64,000 nt of DNA, from contig JAUQPB010000001.1 in NCBI GenBank assembly GCA_030550585.1, forward strand, positions 256,001 through 320,000, given 5' to 3'. Numbering within the stretch: position 1 is the stretch's first letter; each line of letters begins with the position of its first letter. Of the stretch, positions 51,701 through 60,154 are shown in pieces. Under the pieces are notes generated by a model that saw only the letters and a program-made list of their open reading frames with translations, did no database searches and was not told the DNA's origin. The translations under genes were made by a program, and so were the position numbers. The DNA is from Thermoproteota archaeon. GTDB lineage: Archaea > Thermoproteota > Thermoprotei_A > Sulfolobales > Ignisphaeraceae.

Positions 51701-51907
51701 ATAGCTGAAGGTCTTAGCATTGAGGATCCCGCATTCCAAGATGCTATCTCAAAATTTCTAGAGGCATATAAAACACTCCATGAAGGGAAAGACAAGAATT
51801 TGATGGGGGTCTCTATGGATAAATTAAAGGATTTTGTAGCGGCGAGAACGAAAATTGTTTACTTAACACATCTAATTATTTCATCGATTAATCCTCCTTC
51901 ATTATGA
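48791..51907 (+). CDS. SF2 helicase, Hrq1/SftH/MrfA-like
   Basis: LYEHQ, GTGSGKT, YPTLALANDQ, FDELD, TAT, GIDIG, QREGRKGR. Confidence 0.85.
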   Translation: MITMKIIDSEEVLHSLGYDYIKEVEPSIEPPTTHITFSALVPEFKEHGIWLADKPLYEHQYKALESLIKGENLVLISGTGSGKTEVWFLYFYKKFKEGKFKTIAVYPTLALANDQINRISTYCKAVGAKVLQLDAVSRDEMVKRFGVQGVRKAVDEADIVITNPAFLFHELKKYLVKPQSSLLYSLFKKVDMIVFDELDFYTPRGIALILALIEVLSETSDEKPQIVVLTATLANPDEMCMYLREKTGRSCSVVEGKPFRVENRLYIVLGKDLHSAWSKIREAKNVIAKRDVPDDIVKALEDFDLFRKNAYKVLQFLEALGIQVPSISLNIYEILSKYSTDDGVTLVFTKSIARAEEIAKALREVIGDKVAAHHHLVSKDLRKSIEDRARRGEIKIIVSPRTLVQGIDIGTIVRVVHIGLPENVREYLQREGRKGRRKEIPFTETIVIPSSRWDWELLSKGLQAFEKWLSLPLEKAVINPRNKYIALFKGIAKILSPWYKSELTQEEHETLSNVGVIRKDGSINIRKAQWIWERINFYEFGPPYGIKRYIEYEEGSVKPLEPIGHCDLVERFQIGCLDPSEDAMVIKIDGGKSSRIVRSVVEKPLSKINIFSHDALAEAFEEYKYIKMRWGEEASFLRDIARGKLHSYVLAIVYTPRSGFGELKKIPNRVLWHLISSKPRIARAGDRYFVTYDRKVIYVPVSTFGEYRDFTYGMLFDVDDREDSTLLRMGLAYLMIVLRRVFGIPFETIMYSVEKIGEKKFFSLHEPEAAGLLENIDWISVRKALEEYKPDDLDIVLLSQLDEIAYSDLINLGIDFTVLKDVAMRVVDYITLKNKMRVVFGEKRIAVPKPSRALRYISLEALSLMLEEEPLPKVLTGLAYFDGEEENVVADIYIKYPFTPPPKSLREFEERVEEAVYYSDFKLIVYDKETLANELKMANLKRLATIVRENSIEVREEITKIGINAPSLLTIAEGLSIEDPAFQDAISKFLEAYKTLHEGKDKNLMGVSMDKLKDFVAARTKIVYLTHLIISSINPPSL

Positions 51908-51961
51908 CTAAAGTTTATTAGGCTTTTACATGTATTAGTCTAGTCTCGTATATCACTATGG

Positions 51962-52543
51962 GTGACGTTATTGAGCAAGACAGTTTCATTTAAGCGTCTA
52001 GACAGCTCTTCACCACACGGAATATACCTTTACAATTCTGAAACTGGTCTGTGGGAACTTCTAAGAAGCGATGGAAATGCTTTCGAACCCTTTGGAAACG
52101 GTGTTTATGTTATATACTTTGACAATGCTAAATGTTCTGCATGCAAAAGATACGACGAGATCTGGTATCCATTTGTCGAGAAATGGGTCAGGGAGAAAGG
52201 TAAGAACGTTAAATTTGTTATAGTGCTTTGCGAATGGTTTGCAAGAGAATGCAAATCCTCTGCAGCTGCAGAATCATTTAAAAAATTCGATGTTCATGCA
52301 TCACCCACAACAATTGTTCTATATGTTGACGACAGTAATACTATTAAATATCAGGAAAAGTATGAGGGGGTTATGTATGAGTTTGAACTTAAGCTCATTC
52401 TCGAAAACTTCGTTGAAAGAGCGCTCAAGGCTATGAAGGGAGAGAAGGTATCTCCGCCAATATCAAAAGAGAGTAGCAAATCTCTAGAGGATCTCATAAT
52501 GCAGATACTAAAGGCTTTGACTCTAGGCGAGAAGAAGGATTAG
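51962..52543 (+). CDS. Thioredoxin-fold protein
   Basis: FDNAKCSACK (CxxC), HASPTTI cis-Pro-like loop. Confidence 0.75.
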   Translation: MTLLSKTVSFKRLDSSSPHGIYLYNSETGLWELLRSDGNAFEPFGNGVYVIYFDNAKCSACKRYDEIWYPFVEKWVREKGKNVKFVIVLCEWFARECKSSAAAESFKKFDVHASPTTIVLYVDDSNTIKYQEKYEGVMYEFELKLILENFVERALKAMKGEKVSPPISKESSKSLEDLIMQILKALTLGEKKD

Positions 52544-52995
52544 TCTATATAGAACCCCTTCTCCATATCTTTTATAGTCTTCAATACTATGGCTGGACAA
52601 ACCCTTTTCACTCCATCTAACTCCCCAATCTCTTTATGTATCTTAGCCATCTCCTCTTCATCTCTAGCCCATATAACAGCCATTAACGGGTGGTCACCAG
52701 TTGTTAGCCACAGACCCTTTACATAGTCTCTGCTCTTTAAGTTCTCTATTACGCTAAACAGCTTATCGGGATCCACATCAATTCCTGTTAAAGAGATTGC
52801 TTTGAACCCTAGGCTTCGAGGATCAACAACAACTGTATACCTTTTTATAACTCTATTCTCAAGCTTTTTAACTCTTTTAATAACAGCCACATCGCTTAAT
52901 CCAATCTCTTTTGCAAGCTCAGTATAGGTTATCCTAGCATTTTCGGATAGTCGCTCAATTATCTTCTTATCTTTCTCATCAAACTCCTCGCTCAT
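52540..52995 (-). CDS. Lrp/AsnC family regulator (LrpA-like)
   Basis: DEKDKKII..L.ENAR, KRVKKLE, TTGDH, VCPAI. Start moved to MSEEF. Confidence 0.9.
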   Translation of the reverse strand: MSEEFDEKDKKIIERLSENARITYTELAKEIGLSDVAVIKRVKKLENRVIKRYTVVVDPRSLGFKAISLTGIDVDPDKLFSVIENLKSRDYVKGLWLTTGDHPLMAVIWARDEEEMAKIHKEIGELDGVKRVCPAIVLKTIKDMEKGFYID

Positions 52996-53320
52996 TTCCC
53001 TCAACACCCCTAATTTTGAATATTCCAATTCTCCATGGCTCCTCATACTGCTCTGGCTCCAAAATTTTATCTAGATGTGCTTCTATGCCCAAGTCTTTAA
53101 GCACATATGCAAAGTCCTCAACCCAGTCATTTACACCACATGTGTAGCAAAAATGACCTTCAAATAGAACCCAAACCTCATCTCCTTCTATCTTTAGCAC
53201 CCTAGCGTTAGACTCTTTTCCTCTGTAGCTGTTATATATCTCTATAGCCTCCTTTAATAAATTGCTTAGATCCTTATTACCTATTCTAAATTTATTATTT
53301 TGAAACATTTTAACTTCCAA
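52979..53320 (-). CDS. Hypothetical protein with a NifU-C-like G.CxxC motif
   Basis: VWVLFEGHFCYTCG. Confidence 0.6.
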   Translation of the reverse strand: MEVKMFQNNKFRIGNKDLSNLLKEAIEIYNSYRGKESNARVLKIEGDEVWVLFEGHFCYTCGVNDWVEDFAYVLKDLGIEAHLDKILEPEQYEEPWRIGIFKIRGVEGNERGV

Positions 53321-53435
53321 AAAATTTTCCTTACACTACTTTTAGATTTTTCCGATTTGAATACTTCAAATGATATTTTCACCTAAGTAAAATAAGAGGC
53401 TGTAAGCAAGATGCTTTCGAGGAAAGATAAAATGC

Positions 53436-54644
53436 TTAGGACTCTCGAGCTAGTTTTTCAACACCTTCTCTCAATCTCTCAATATTGTCTAACAATCTAC
53501 CACTTCTAAACTCTATAACATCCACTACTTTGAACCCTGCTGACTGCAAAATGCTTGCAATCTTCTTTCCTGCTACAGCTCCCCAACCATAGTTAGAGAC
53601 TACAAGGATCTTTTTGTTCTTTGGAGTCTTGGCTATTAAAAGTTCTATCAAATACTTTGCATAGGGAAACACATCTGCATCATATGTCGCTGTGGCTAAT
53701 ATTACTGCTTCTGCATCTAGAAGATCTCCAAGCATATCACTTACGAGATCTCTATGCACATCTATGAACTTATAAATCTTAATTGTATTGAAGAACTTTG
53801 AGGCTTCACCAGCAATAGTGCTGGCCATCTCTTTTATGAAGCCGTACATCGATGTGTACACAATCACAAGCTTTCCTTTAACATTTTTCCTGCTTGACCA
53901 AGCTTTGTATAGTTCAACAATTTTCTGGGAATTTCTCCACAAGGGTCCATGCGCTGGTGCAACAATTTTTGTTCTCTCGATAACCTCTCCAAGTTTCTGT
54001 AGCGCTTTACTAACCCAGTCTATGTAATGACCTATTATGTCTGCAAAATACTTTTGTGCATACCATAGAAATCTTTCCTGTTCCTCTCTTGGCATATCGT
54101 CGAAGAAGATCGAGGATGGTATTCCAAATGATCCGAAAGCATCGCACGTGAATAACACCTCGTTGTTATAGAGGCTAGCTATTGTATCGGGCCAGTGAAG
54201 CCATGGAATATGGTAAAACTTTATTGTGCTACTACCAACCTTCATCTCTGTTTCAGATGCAACTGGATAAAAGTTTACGTCAAAGCCGTAGAAACTCTTT
54301 ATCAAATCCCTTACAAGGGGGTGCCCAACGATCTTCGCTTTACTGCTTAGGTGGGGTATCAACTGCTTTAGCGAGCCGCTATGATCAGGTTCCATATGAT
54401 GTACAATAAGGTATTCGATATCCTTTAAATCAACAAATTTTCTTAGCTCTTCTAAGAACATCTCTCCATAGATATGCTTCCATCCATCAACAAGTATTGT
54501 CGTATCTTGCTCTAGTATTAGATAGGCATTGTATGTAACCCCCTCTGGTATCTCCCACAAAGATTCGAAATACCGTGTCTCATCATCTTGAAGCTGAAGC
54601 AAAACAATATTGTCCTTAATCTTATTGCTGTAGGTTCTAACCAT
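53436..54644 (-). CDS. fprA: Flavodiiron protein (FprA/A-type flavoprotein)
   Basis: GVTYNAYLI, HHMEPDHSG, HWPD, TCDAFG, PAHG, flavodoxin domain YTSMYG. Confidence 0.92.
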   Translation of the reverse strand: MVRTYSNKIKDNIVLLQLQDDETRYFESLWEIPEGVTYNAYLILEQDTTILVDGWKHIYGEMFLEELRKFVDLKDIEYLIVHHMEPDHSGSLKQLIPHLSSKAKIVGHPLVRDLIKSFYGFDVNFYPVASETEMKVGSSTIKFYHIPWLHWPDTIASLYNNEVLFTCDAFGSFGIPSSIFFDDMPREEQERFLWYAQKYFADIIGHYIDWVSKALQKLGEVIERTKIVAPAHGPLWRNSQKIVELYKAWSSRKNVKGKLVIVYTSMYGFIKEMASTIAGEASKFFNTIKIYKFIDVHRDLVSDMLGDLLDAEAVILATATYDADVFPYAKYLIELLIAKTPKNKKILVVSNYGWGAVAGKKIASILQSAGFKVVDVIEFRSGRLLDNIERLREGVEKLARES

Positions 54645-54845
54645 AGTTCAACCCCAGCATCTATTCAATTTATAGATGCCAACGATTAAGTGTTTAACGC
54701 ACTTAAAAGTTTATCAATTGACACCATACATGTTCAAAAACTGACAGATTTAGAGTGTATATCAAGCTTATAATCCAAATCCATACTGTATACTTTAAAA
54801 TACTTACTATACTTTGGATATACCTTGGAGGTGGCACTCTAAGAA

Positions 54846-55736
54846 ATGTATCATGTATATGCATCGTTCATTATCAATATTGTAACTTTGATCTTAAAAA
54901 TATTTGGCTTTATTGGAACGAACTCAGCCTCGCTCATAGCTGATATAATAAATGATTGTGGCGATACAATTGGGTTGGGACTGATAATTTTTGGTGTGAT
55001 GCTTGCAAATAGAAAGCGAAGCACAATTGCGTATCCTTTTGGGATGAGTAGAGCGCTCTATGTCATAGGCTTAATATCTACATCAATTATAGGCGGTTTT
55101 CTATTTGCAACATCATTTATAAACTCTATCTACGCTTTCACAACCCATAGAACAATAAACTCTAGCCTCAGATCAGTAACACTTGTTTTAATTGCCCTGA
55201 TACTAAACAGTCTTAATATCATATTCATATCTAGAACTAAGAAAAGCTTCGATATTGCAACAACAGTTACCCTTCTGGATGGTTTTGCCGATGTAGGTGG
55301 TAATGTAATAGCGTTTATATCCATCGCCATAGCAAATCCTGTTATTGATTCGATTGGAAGCTTTGTCATAACCATAATAGTCTTGATATCGTCTATAGCG
55401 GCTAGCTACAAATACTACTTGATGTTAATAGGTAGAGCGCCGCCCAAAGAAGAGATGCTGAAAATGGTTAATGCAACTTTATCTGTTTCTGGCGTATTGG
55501 ATGTCAATGAATTGAGGGCTGTTATGCTAACAGAGGATGAGTATCTAGTTATTCTCGAAGTTGAGGTAGAGGAAGAGATCAAAATAAAAGATACGGAGAC
55601 CTTCAGTAAACAAATAGAGACGGAAATTCGAAGAGCTGTTCCAAAAGCAAAGCATATAGTCATAGAATTTGTGCCCAAAAGAAAAGAGCCTCCAACATAC
55701 AAAAAGATATTAGAAGAAATAAAAGGCTTGAGATAG
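54846..55736 (+). CDS. Cation diffusion facilitator family transporter
   Basis: SASLIAD...D, YPFG, C-terminal dimerisation domain. Confidence 0.85.
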   Translation: MYHVYASFIINIVTLILKIFGFIGTNSASLIADIINDCGDTIGLGLIIFGVMLANRKRSTIAYPFGMSRALYVIGLISTSIIGGFLFATSFINSIYAFTTHRTINSSLRSVTLVLIALILNSLNIIFISRTKKSFDIATTVTLLDGFADVGGNVIAFISIAIANPVIDSIGSFVITIIVLISSIAASYKYYLMLIGRAPPKEEMLKMVNATLSVSGVLDVNELRAVMLTEDEYLVILEVEVEEEIKIKDTETFSKQIETEIRRAVPKAKHIVIEFVPKRKEPPTYKKILEEIKGLR

Positions 55737-55865
55737 TGCTATAAATCTAGACAGAGTCCTTTATTCCACATAGAAGATTGGATATGCCATGGCTATGACA
55801 ACAGCAATTAAATGTAGATAAATAGAAAACAACTCAAACAGTTCCCATCTTATAACATCATCTAG

Positions 55866-56048
55866 CTACACTATAGAAAACATCTTTGCGGCATCCTCCA
55901 CACTTGCACCCTTGTGTATAATCTCTCTAAGCGCCTTAACCAACCTCTCAGGATCTTTTGACTTAAAGATTTTTCTACCAAAAGCGATTCCAGACAGCCC
56001 AGCTTCCACAGCTATTTTCGCCAACTTTAAAACGTCAATTGGAGATGC
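55866..56048 (-). pseudogene. 3' part of the interrupted DhnA-type class I aldolase
   Basis: ASPIDVLKLAKIAVEAGLSGIAFGRKIFKSKDP...*. Confidence 0.85.
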
Positions 56049-56060
56049 GGGTTCACCTCT

Positions 56061-57290
56061 TTATATGTTTGTATATGTTTTTATATAAGTGGTCATCGGC
56101 TCATCTCTGTTTGGGGTGGTCTGTCGGGTTTCATCCTTCATCCCACCCCCGTTGGGGGAAGACCCAGCGCTTCCCCACATCCCCCGTAGGTAGATGTTTA
56201 TTGCTCCAACAAAATCTCTGTCTCTTTTGAATCCGCATTTCCTGCAGATTGCTAACCTATGTATGTAGTTTAACTTTGTGCCGCACCTTGGGCATGTAGA
56301 TGAGGTGTTCCTAGGGTCTACCACAATTACTGGGACGTTGTACTCAATTGCTTTTGACATAACTGCATGCTGAAGTCTTCTATAAGCAAATAGCGTTAGC
56401 TTCCACCTAACACCACTGCTTTTGCCATTAATAGAGTTCCTCAAGTGCTCTAAATCCTCTAGTACAACTGCGTGTCCTCTTCTATATGCTTTAACTACAA
56501 CCTCCTTTGCAAGCTTCCAGCAGAAATCGTTGATGATGTTCCTAGCTTTTCTATGAAGAGCTCTAACCCTGTTTAGAATCCTATCGTTGTATCTCCACCT
56601 CTTAGAATATCTCTTCTGAATCTCTTCAGCTCTAGCCCTCTTGCTCAATGCCTCGACAAATCTTGTTCTATACCTTCTAGCTTCAGAGCCATCAAATGTT
56701 GTAACAGTTCTCAGATTCACATCAACTGCTGTTAAACCTCTTGGAACATATGGATTATACTTAACCTCGAATACTATGCTGACAAATAGCTTTTTGTTTT
56801 CATACTTTACATGAACCTCCTTCCACTTTAAATTCCTGAACCTCTCGATGTACTCTCTCCTGTGCTTCAGCCTCAGTGCATACTGCTTGTTTCTCAAAAC
56901 AACTTTGACAACTCCTTTGTCTAGCTCAACTCTTGCATCCTGGTAGTCTAGCCTAGCAGATAGTTTTCTGACACTTGGCTTGTCGCCATTGCTGTTTTTA
57001 GCGGCTTTAACCAAGGCTAGCGCATAGCTGTATATGTTTCTAGCCACATGCGCTCTAAAACCATGTTCTCTAAGCATTTGGTAAAACAATTGATGCAACT
57101 GGCTTTTCTTTGGAAGCCCATCAAAATCCCATAGAGCGTCTACAACCTTTTGCAGAGCATACCTATATATCGTTAAATCCCGCAGCAAGTCGCTAGCATT
57201 CCCTTCGACAACCTCAGCCTCTGCCTTAAAAGCTTTGTAGTATGTACCCTCAGGCATCCACCTACCGATTAGGCGGATAGACGCCTTCAT
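56061..57290 (-). CDS. tnpB: RNA-guided endonuclease TnpB
   Basis: RuvC motifs AVDVN, VLEDL, DRDFVGAINI; zinc ribbon TSSTCPRCG...CRKCG. Confidence 0.92.
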   Translation of the reverse strand: MKASIRLIGRWMPEGTYYKAFKAEAEVVEGNASDLLRDLTIYRYALQKVVDALWDFDGLPKKSQLHQLFYQMLREHGFRAHVARNIYSYALALVKAAKNSNGDKPSVRKLSARLDYQDARVELDKGVVKVVLRNKQYALRLKHRREYIERFRNLKWKEVHVKYENKKLFVSIVFEVKYNPYVPRGLTAVDVNLRTVTTFDGSEARRYRTRFVEALSKRARAEEIQKRYSKRWRYNDRILNRVRALHRKARNIINDFCWKLAKEVVVKAYRRGHAVVLEDLEHLRNSINGKSSGVRWKLTLFAYRRLQHAVMSKAIEYNVPVIVVDPRNTSSTCPRCGTKLNYIHRLAICRKCGFKRDRDFVGAINIYLRGMWGSAGSSPNGGGMKDETRQTTPNRDEPMTTYIKTYTNI

Positions 57291-57365
57291 CGGTACTCAC
57301 AACATTAGTTATTCAGAGTGCAAATTTATAAGCTTTTACACTCTACAGTTTATGTGGTGAGAGCT

Positions 57366-57509
57366 ATGGTCTCGATATACGTATTTGAGGCAAAAATTGT
57401 AAAGACCATGAGGAAATACCTGATATACCCACCAAAAGAATACCAAGAAAAGCTAAAGAAGCTACACGGAAAGAAAGTCAAGGTAGTGGTAATAGAAGAA
57501 AGCGATTAA
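57366..57509 (+). CDS. 47-aa AbrB/DUF2080-like transposon-encoded protein
   Basis: FEAKIVK...IYPPKE...GKKVKVVV; divergent from tnpB, inside the element. Confidence 0.6.
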   Translation: MVSIYVFEAKIVKTMRKYLIYPPKEYQEKLKKLHGKKVKVVVIEESD

Positions 57510-57578
57510 AAACAATCAGATGGGAACATAAGCTAAGCCACGAAGAGCATATGCTTTTATATGCAGTCATATAAATTT

Positions 57579-58202
57579 TGCTACGGCTTCTCCTCCGGCT
57601 AAGACTATTGGTGTATTTGCTGATACTTTAACTACCTCCATCATAAACTTCGGGTCTGGAGGCAGATACGCTTTAACTATATCAGCACCAAGTTCTATAG
57701 CAATTCTCATAGCCCTTAGCACACCCTCTGGATCATCGAAACTCTTGAACCTATCTAAAGATGGGAATACCTCTACTGCACATGGAATTCCAAATCTGTC
57801 AGCTGAATCGCAAACCCTGCTCACCACCTCAATACTTGTTGACTCATATTTTCCACCAACATATAAGGATGCTATAACAGCATCGGCGCCCAGAGAAACA
57901 GCTGTTTCAACACTATAGGTATGTGCTTCAATTAACCCCCTATCCCTATTAAATAGTGAAAGAGCTGTGACCCTAGCCATAATCCCTACCCTGCCAGCAA
58001 TTTCTTTATAGACCTTTTTAATAATACCTGGTTGAAGAATGAGTGCATCAGCACCCCCTCTAACAACTGTTTTCACAATGCTAAGAATATCCTCGAGTCC
58101 CTCAACTATTCCATAGCCTCCATGGTCAAGCGCCACTATAAGAGCTTTTTCTGTATCGGGATTCAGTATCCTATACAACCTTACATATTTGCCTATGTGC
58201 AT
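57579..58202 (-). pseudogene. 5' part of a DhnA-type class I aldolase
   Basis: IVALDHG, ELGADIVKAY (Schiff-base Lys), IVLAGG, then cut by the insertion. Confidence 0.88.
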
Positions 58203-58295
58203 GTCTGAGAGCCCTCTAGCATGTTACAAAAGATCAAAAGTAGTTTAGATCCAAGATGTAGGTATGCCAGCAACAGAATATATAAATTGGTGGTT

Positions 58296-58372
58296 TGGCG
58301 CCGCGGCCGGGATTTGAACCCGGGTCACGGGCTCGACAGGCCCGCATACTAGCCGGGCTATACTACCGCGGC
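58296..58372 (-). tRNA. tRNA-Asp(GTC) with encoded CCA
   Basis: Complete cloverleaf GCCGCGG...CT-GTC-GA...TTCAAAT...CCGCGGC G CCA. Confidence 0.97.
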
Positions 58373-58454
58373 ACTAATCCTTGTTGTTATCGTTTTAGGC
58401 TTAAAAGTTTTTATTGAAAAGATTTTGAATTAAAGCAATCTTTGGTTAAGATCC

Positions 58455-59450
58455 ATGAGCGTTATTGTAGTTTCTGACTGGGACGCCGATGGAATTGTAT
58501 CTGCAGCTGAAATAGTTTATTCCCAGGAAACAGCTGGTCTCTATCCTATCAAGACCAAGACTAAAGTATATACATATCCGTCAACACCAAAAACAATTCT
58601 TTCTCTCCTAGAGAGTATAGATAGCTTTAAATCTCAAAACAAAAACTATGTGGTTATTCTTGATATAGCCTTTAACGCAAATGTTGATAAGTTCTTAGCA
58701 CATTTAAAGAACTTGGATAGCTATATTGTTTATGTGGATCACCACCTATCTACACACATTCACTATAAAGATATTGAGAAAAAGGTTAACGAACTTATTG
58801 TTGGAAAATCACCGGTAGCACTACTTGTCTACACATTTCTGAGATCTCTTGGGATCAGGCTTACGCCAAGAATAGAAAGTTTTGTCAATGTCGTTTCCGC
58901 TATTGAGGGCGGTAAAAAATATGGGAACGAGAAGTTAATTAAAATGCTTGTAGACATAACAAAGTATATATCGGCCACCAAAAACAAGGAGTTGTGGGAA
59001 AAGTTTGTTAGATGGATTAGTTCGCCTCTACCCCATGTAGCAATACCGTTTCAGGTAAATGATTACATAAATGCTTATATAGATAAAAGTAAGCCTCTAT
59101 GCAATGAGAAGGAAATAGCTGAAGAACTTGCTATAAGCTCCACTAGGGTGTTTAACTATAGAGTTGCAAGAATAAAGTCTCTACCAAAACAATGTAGATT
59201 CTCTGCTATAGTATCATCATTATACCGGCTATTGAAAAGCCCAACTATTGTTTATAATGAGGAGAAAAAGCTGGTGGCAATAAAGACTAGAGACGATAAA
59301 GCATTTACAATATCGATGAGCTTGTACAAACAGGGTTATGCCGAAGATGTTACAGGACATGAAAGACTGGCAATAGCCAAGCTGAAAAATGATATTGACT
59401 ATAATACCCTCTTAGCAGCTCTCAGAAGGATCCTAATAGAAGTTGGATAG
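58455..59450 (+). CDS. DHH family phosphoesterase
   Basis: DWDADG, ILD, YVDHH, C-terminal GH. Confidence 0.75.
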   Translation: MSVIVVSDWDADGIVSAAEIVYSQETAGLYPIKTKTKVYTYPSTPKTILSLLESIDSFKSQNKNYVVILDIAFNANVDKFLAHLKNLDSYIVYVDHHLSTHIHYKDIEKKVNELIVGKSPVALLVYTFLRSLGIRLTPRIESFVNVVSAIEGGKKYGNEKLIKMLVDITKYISATKNKELWEKFVRWISSPLPHVAIPFQVNDYINAYIDKSKPLCNEKEIAEELAISSTRVFNYRVARIKSLPKQCRFSAIVSSLYRLLKSPTIVYNEEKKLVAIKTRDDKAFTISMSLYKQGYAEDVTGHERLAIAKLKNDIDYNTLLAALRRILIEVG

Positions 59451-59456
59451 TCTTAA

Positions 59457-59569
59457 TGGGCCCGCCGGGATTCGAACCCGGGACCACGGGGATCTCCGCC
59501 TAGAGGTCCCGAGTCGGGCACGGATAATTCCGTGTACCCCGCATCCTAGCCAAGCTAGACTACGGGCCC
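59457..59569 (-). tRNA. tRNA-Pro(CGG) with two introns (32/33, 23 nt; 37/38, 15 nt)
   Basis: Removing 59535-59513 and 59507-59493 gives a 75-nt cloverleaf with loop TT-CGG-GT; both introns form BHB motifs. Confidence 0.9.
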
Positions 59570-59746
59570 AACCAAACTATTCGAGATATAGCAATAAAAG
59601 TGTTTTTCACCATAAACACATTGCTACTATTTTATGGTGCCTCTTTGTGTACACCTTTTAGCATTGACAATTCAAATAATTTATTCATTAAAATATAAAA
59701 TTGTTTTAACCCTATTAGCTATCTGACTAGAGATTGGGTGAGATAA

Positions 59747-60154
59747 TTGGCTAAGAGGAGAAGCAAGTGGCGTAGAACAACTGCAATTATGAAAAAGCTG
59801 ATGCAAGAGGCTAGAAGAACTAGGGCTTATCAGAGTCTCCAGCAGTGTCCTGTGTGTGGAGATCCACATGGCCTCTCAATAGAGATAAAACAAGATAAAA
59901 ACAGTGGAAGGAAAAGTGCCTATGTGAGGTGTTCGTCATGCAAATTCGAGTACCACTTTGACACAATACCATCTATAGCAGACGAATTCTGGGTTTATTC
60001 AAAGCTGCTAGACATGGTCTACTCAGGAACTATCAAACCTATCCAGCCCAAGCCAGCTGAAGTTGCTGAATCCTCTGAACCTGCTGAGGAGCTTCACGTA
60101 GAGACCGAGGAAAATGAGGAGTTATCAAATATCGAGGTAGTTGAAGAAGAGTAA
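59747..60154 (+). CDS. elf1: Transcription elongation factor Elf1-like zinc-ribbon protein with an acidic tail
   Basis: Basic N-terminus, CPVCG...CSSC, VYSKLLD. Confidence 0.7.
   Translation: MAKRRSKWRRTTAIMKKLMQEARRTRAYQSLQQCPVCGDPHGLSIEIKQDKNSGRKSAYVRCSSCKFEYHFDTIPSIADEFWVYSKLLDMVYSGTIKPIQPKPAEVAESSEPAEELHVETEENEELSNIEVVEEE

Larger units (their letters stand above)
56049..57578 (-). mobile_element. Non-autonomous IS200/IS605/IS607-type element (tnpB plus a small AbrB/DUF2080-like gene)
   Basis: Removing it restores the aldolase frame; GCA at both junctions; 13/14-identical subterminal direct repeats. Confidence 0.85.

Noticed and set aside
56049-57578. TnpB element spliced out as a BHB intron (IStron-like)
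   Set aside because: The junction sequences do not form a bulge-helix-bulge and no group I core is visible.
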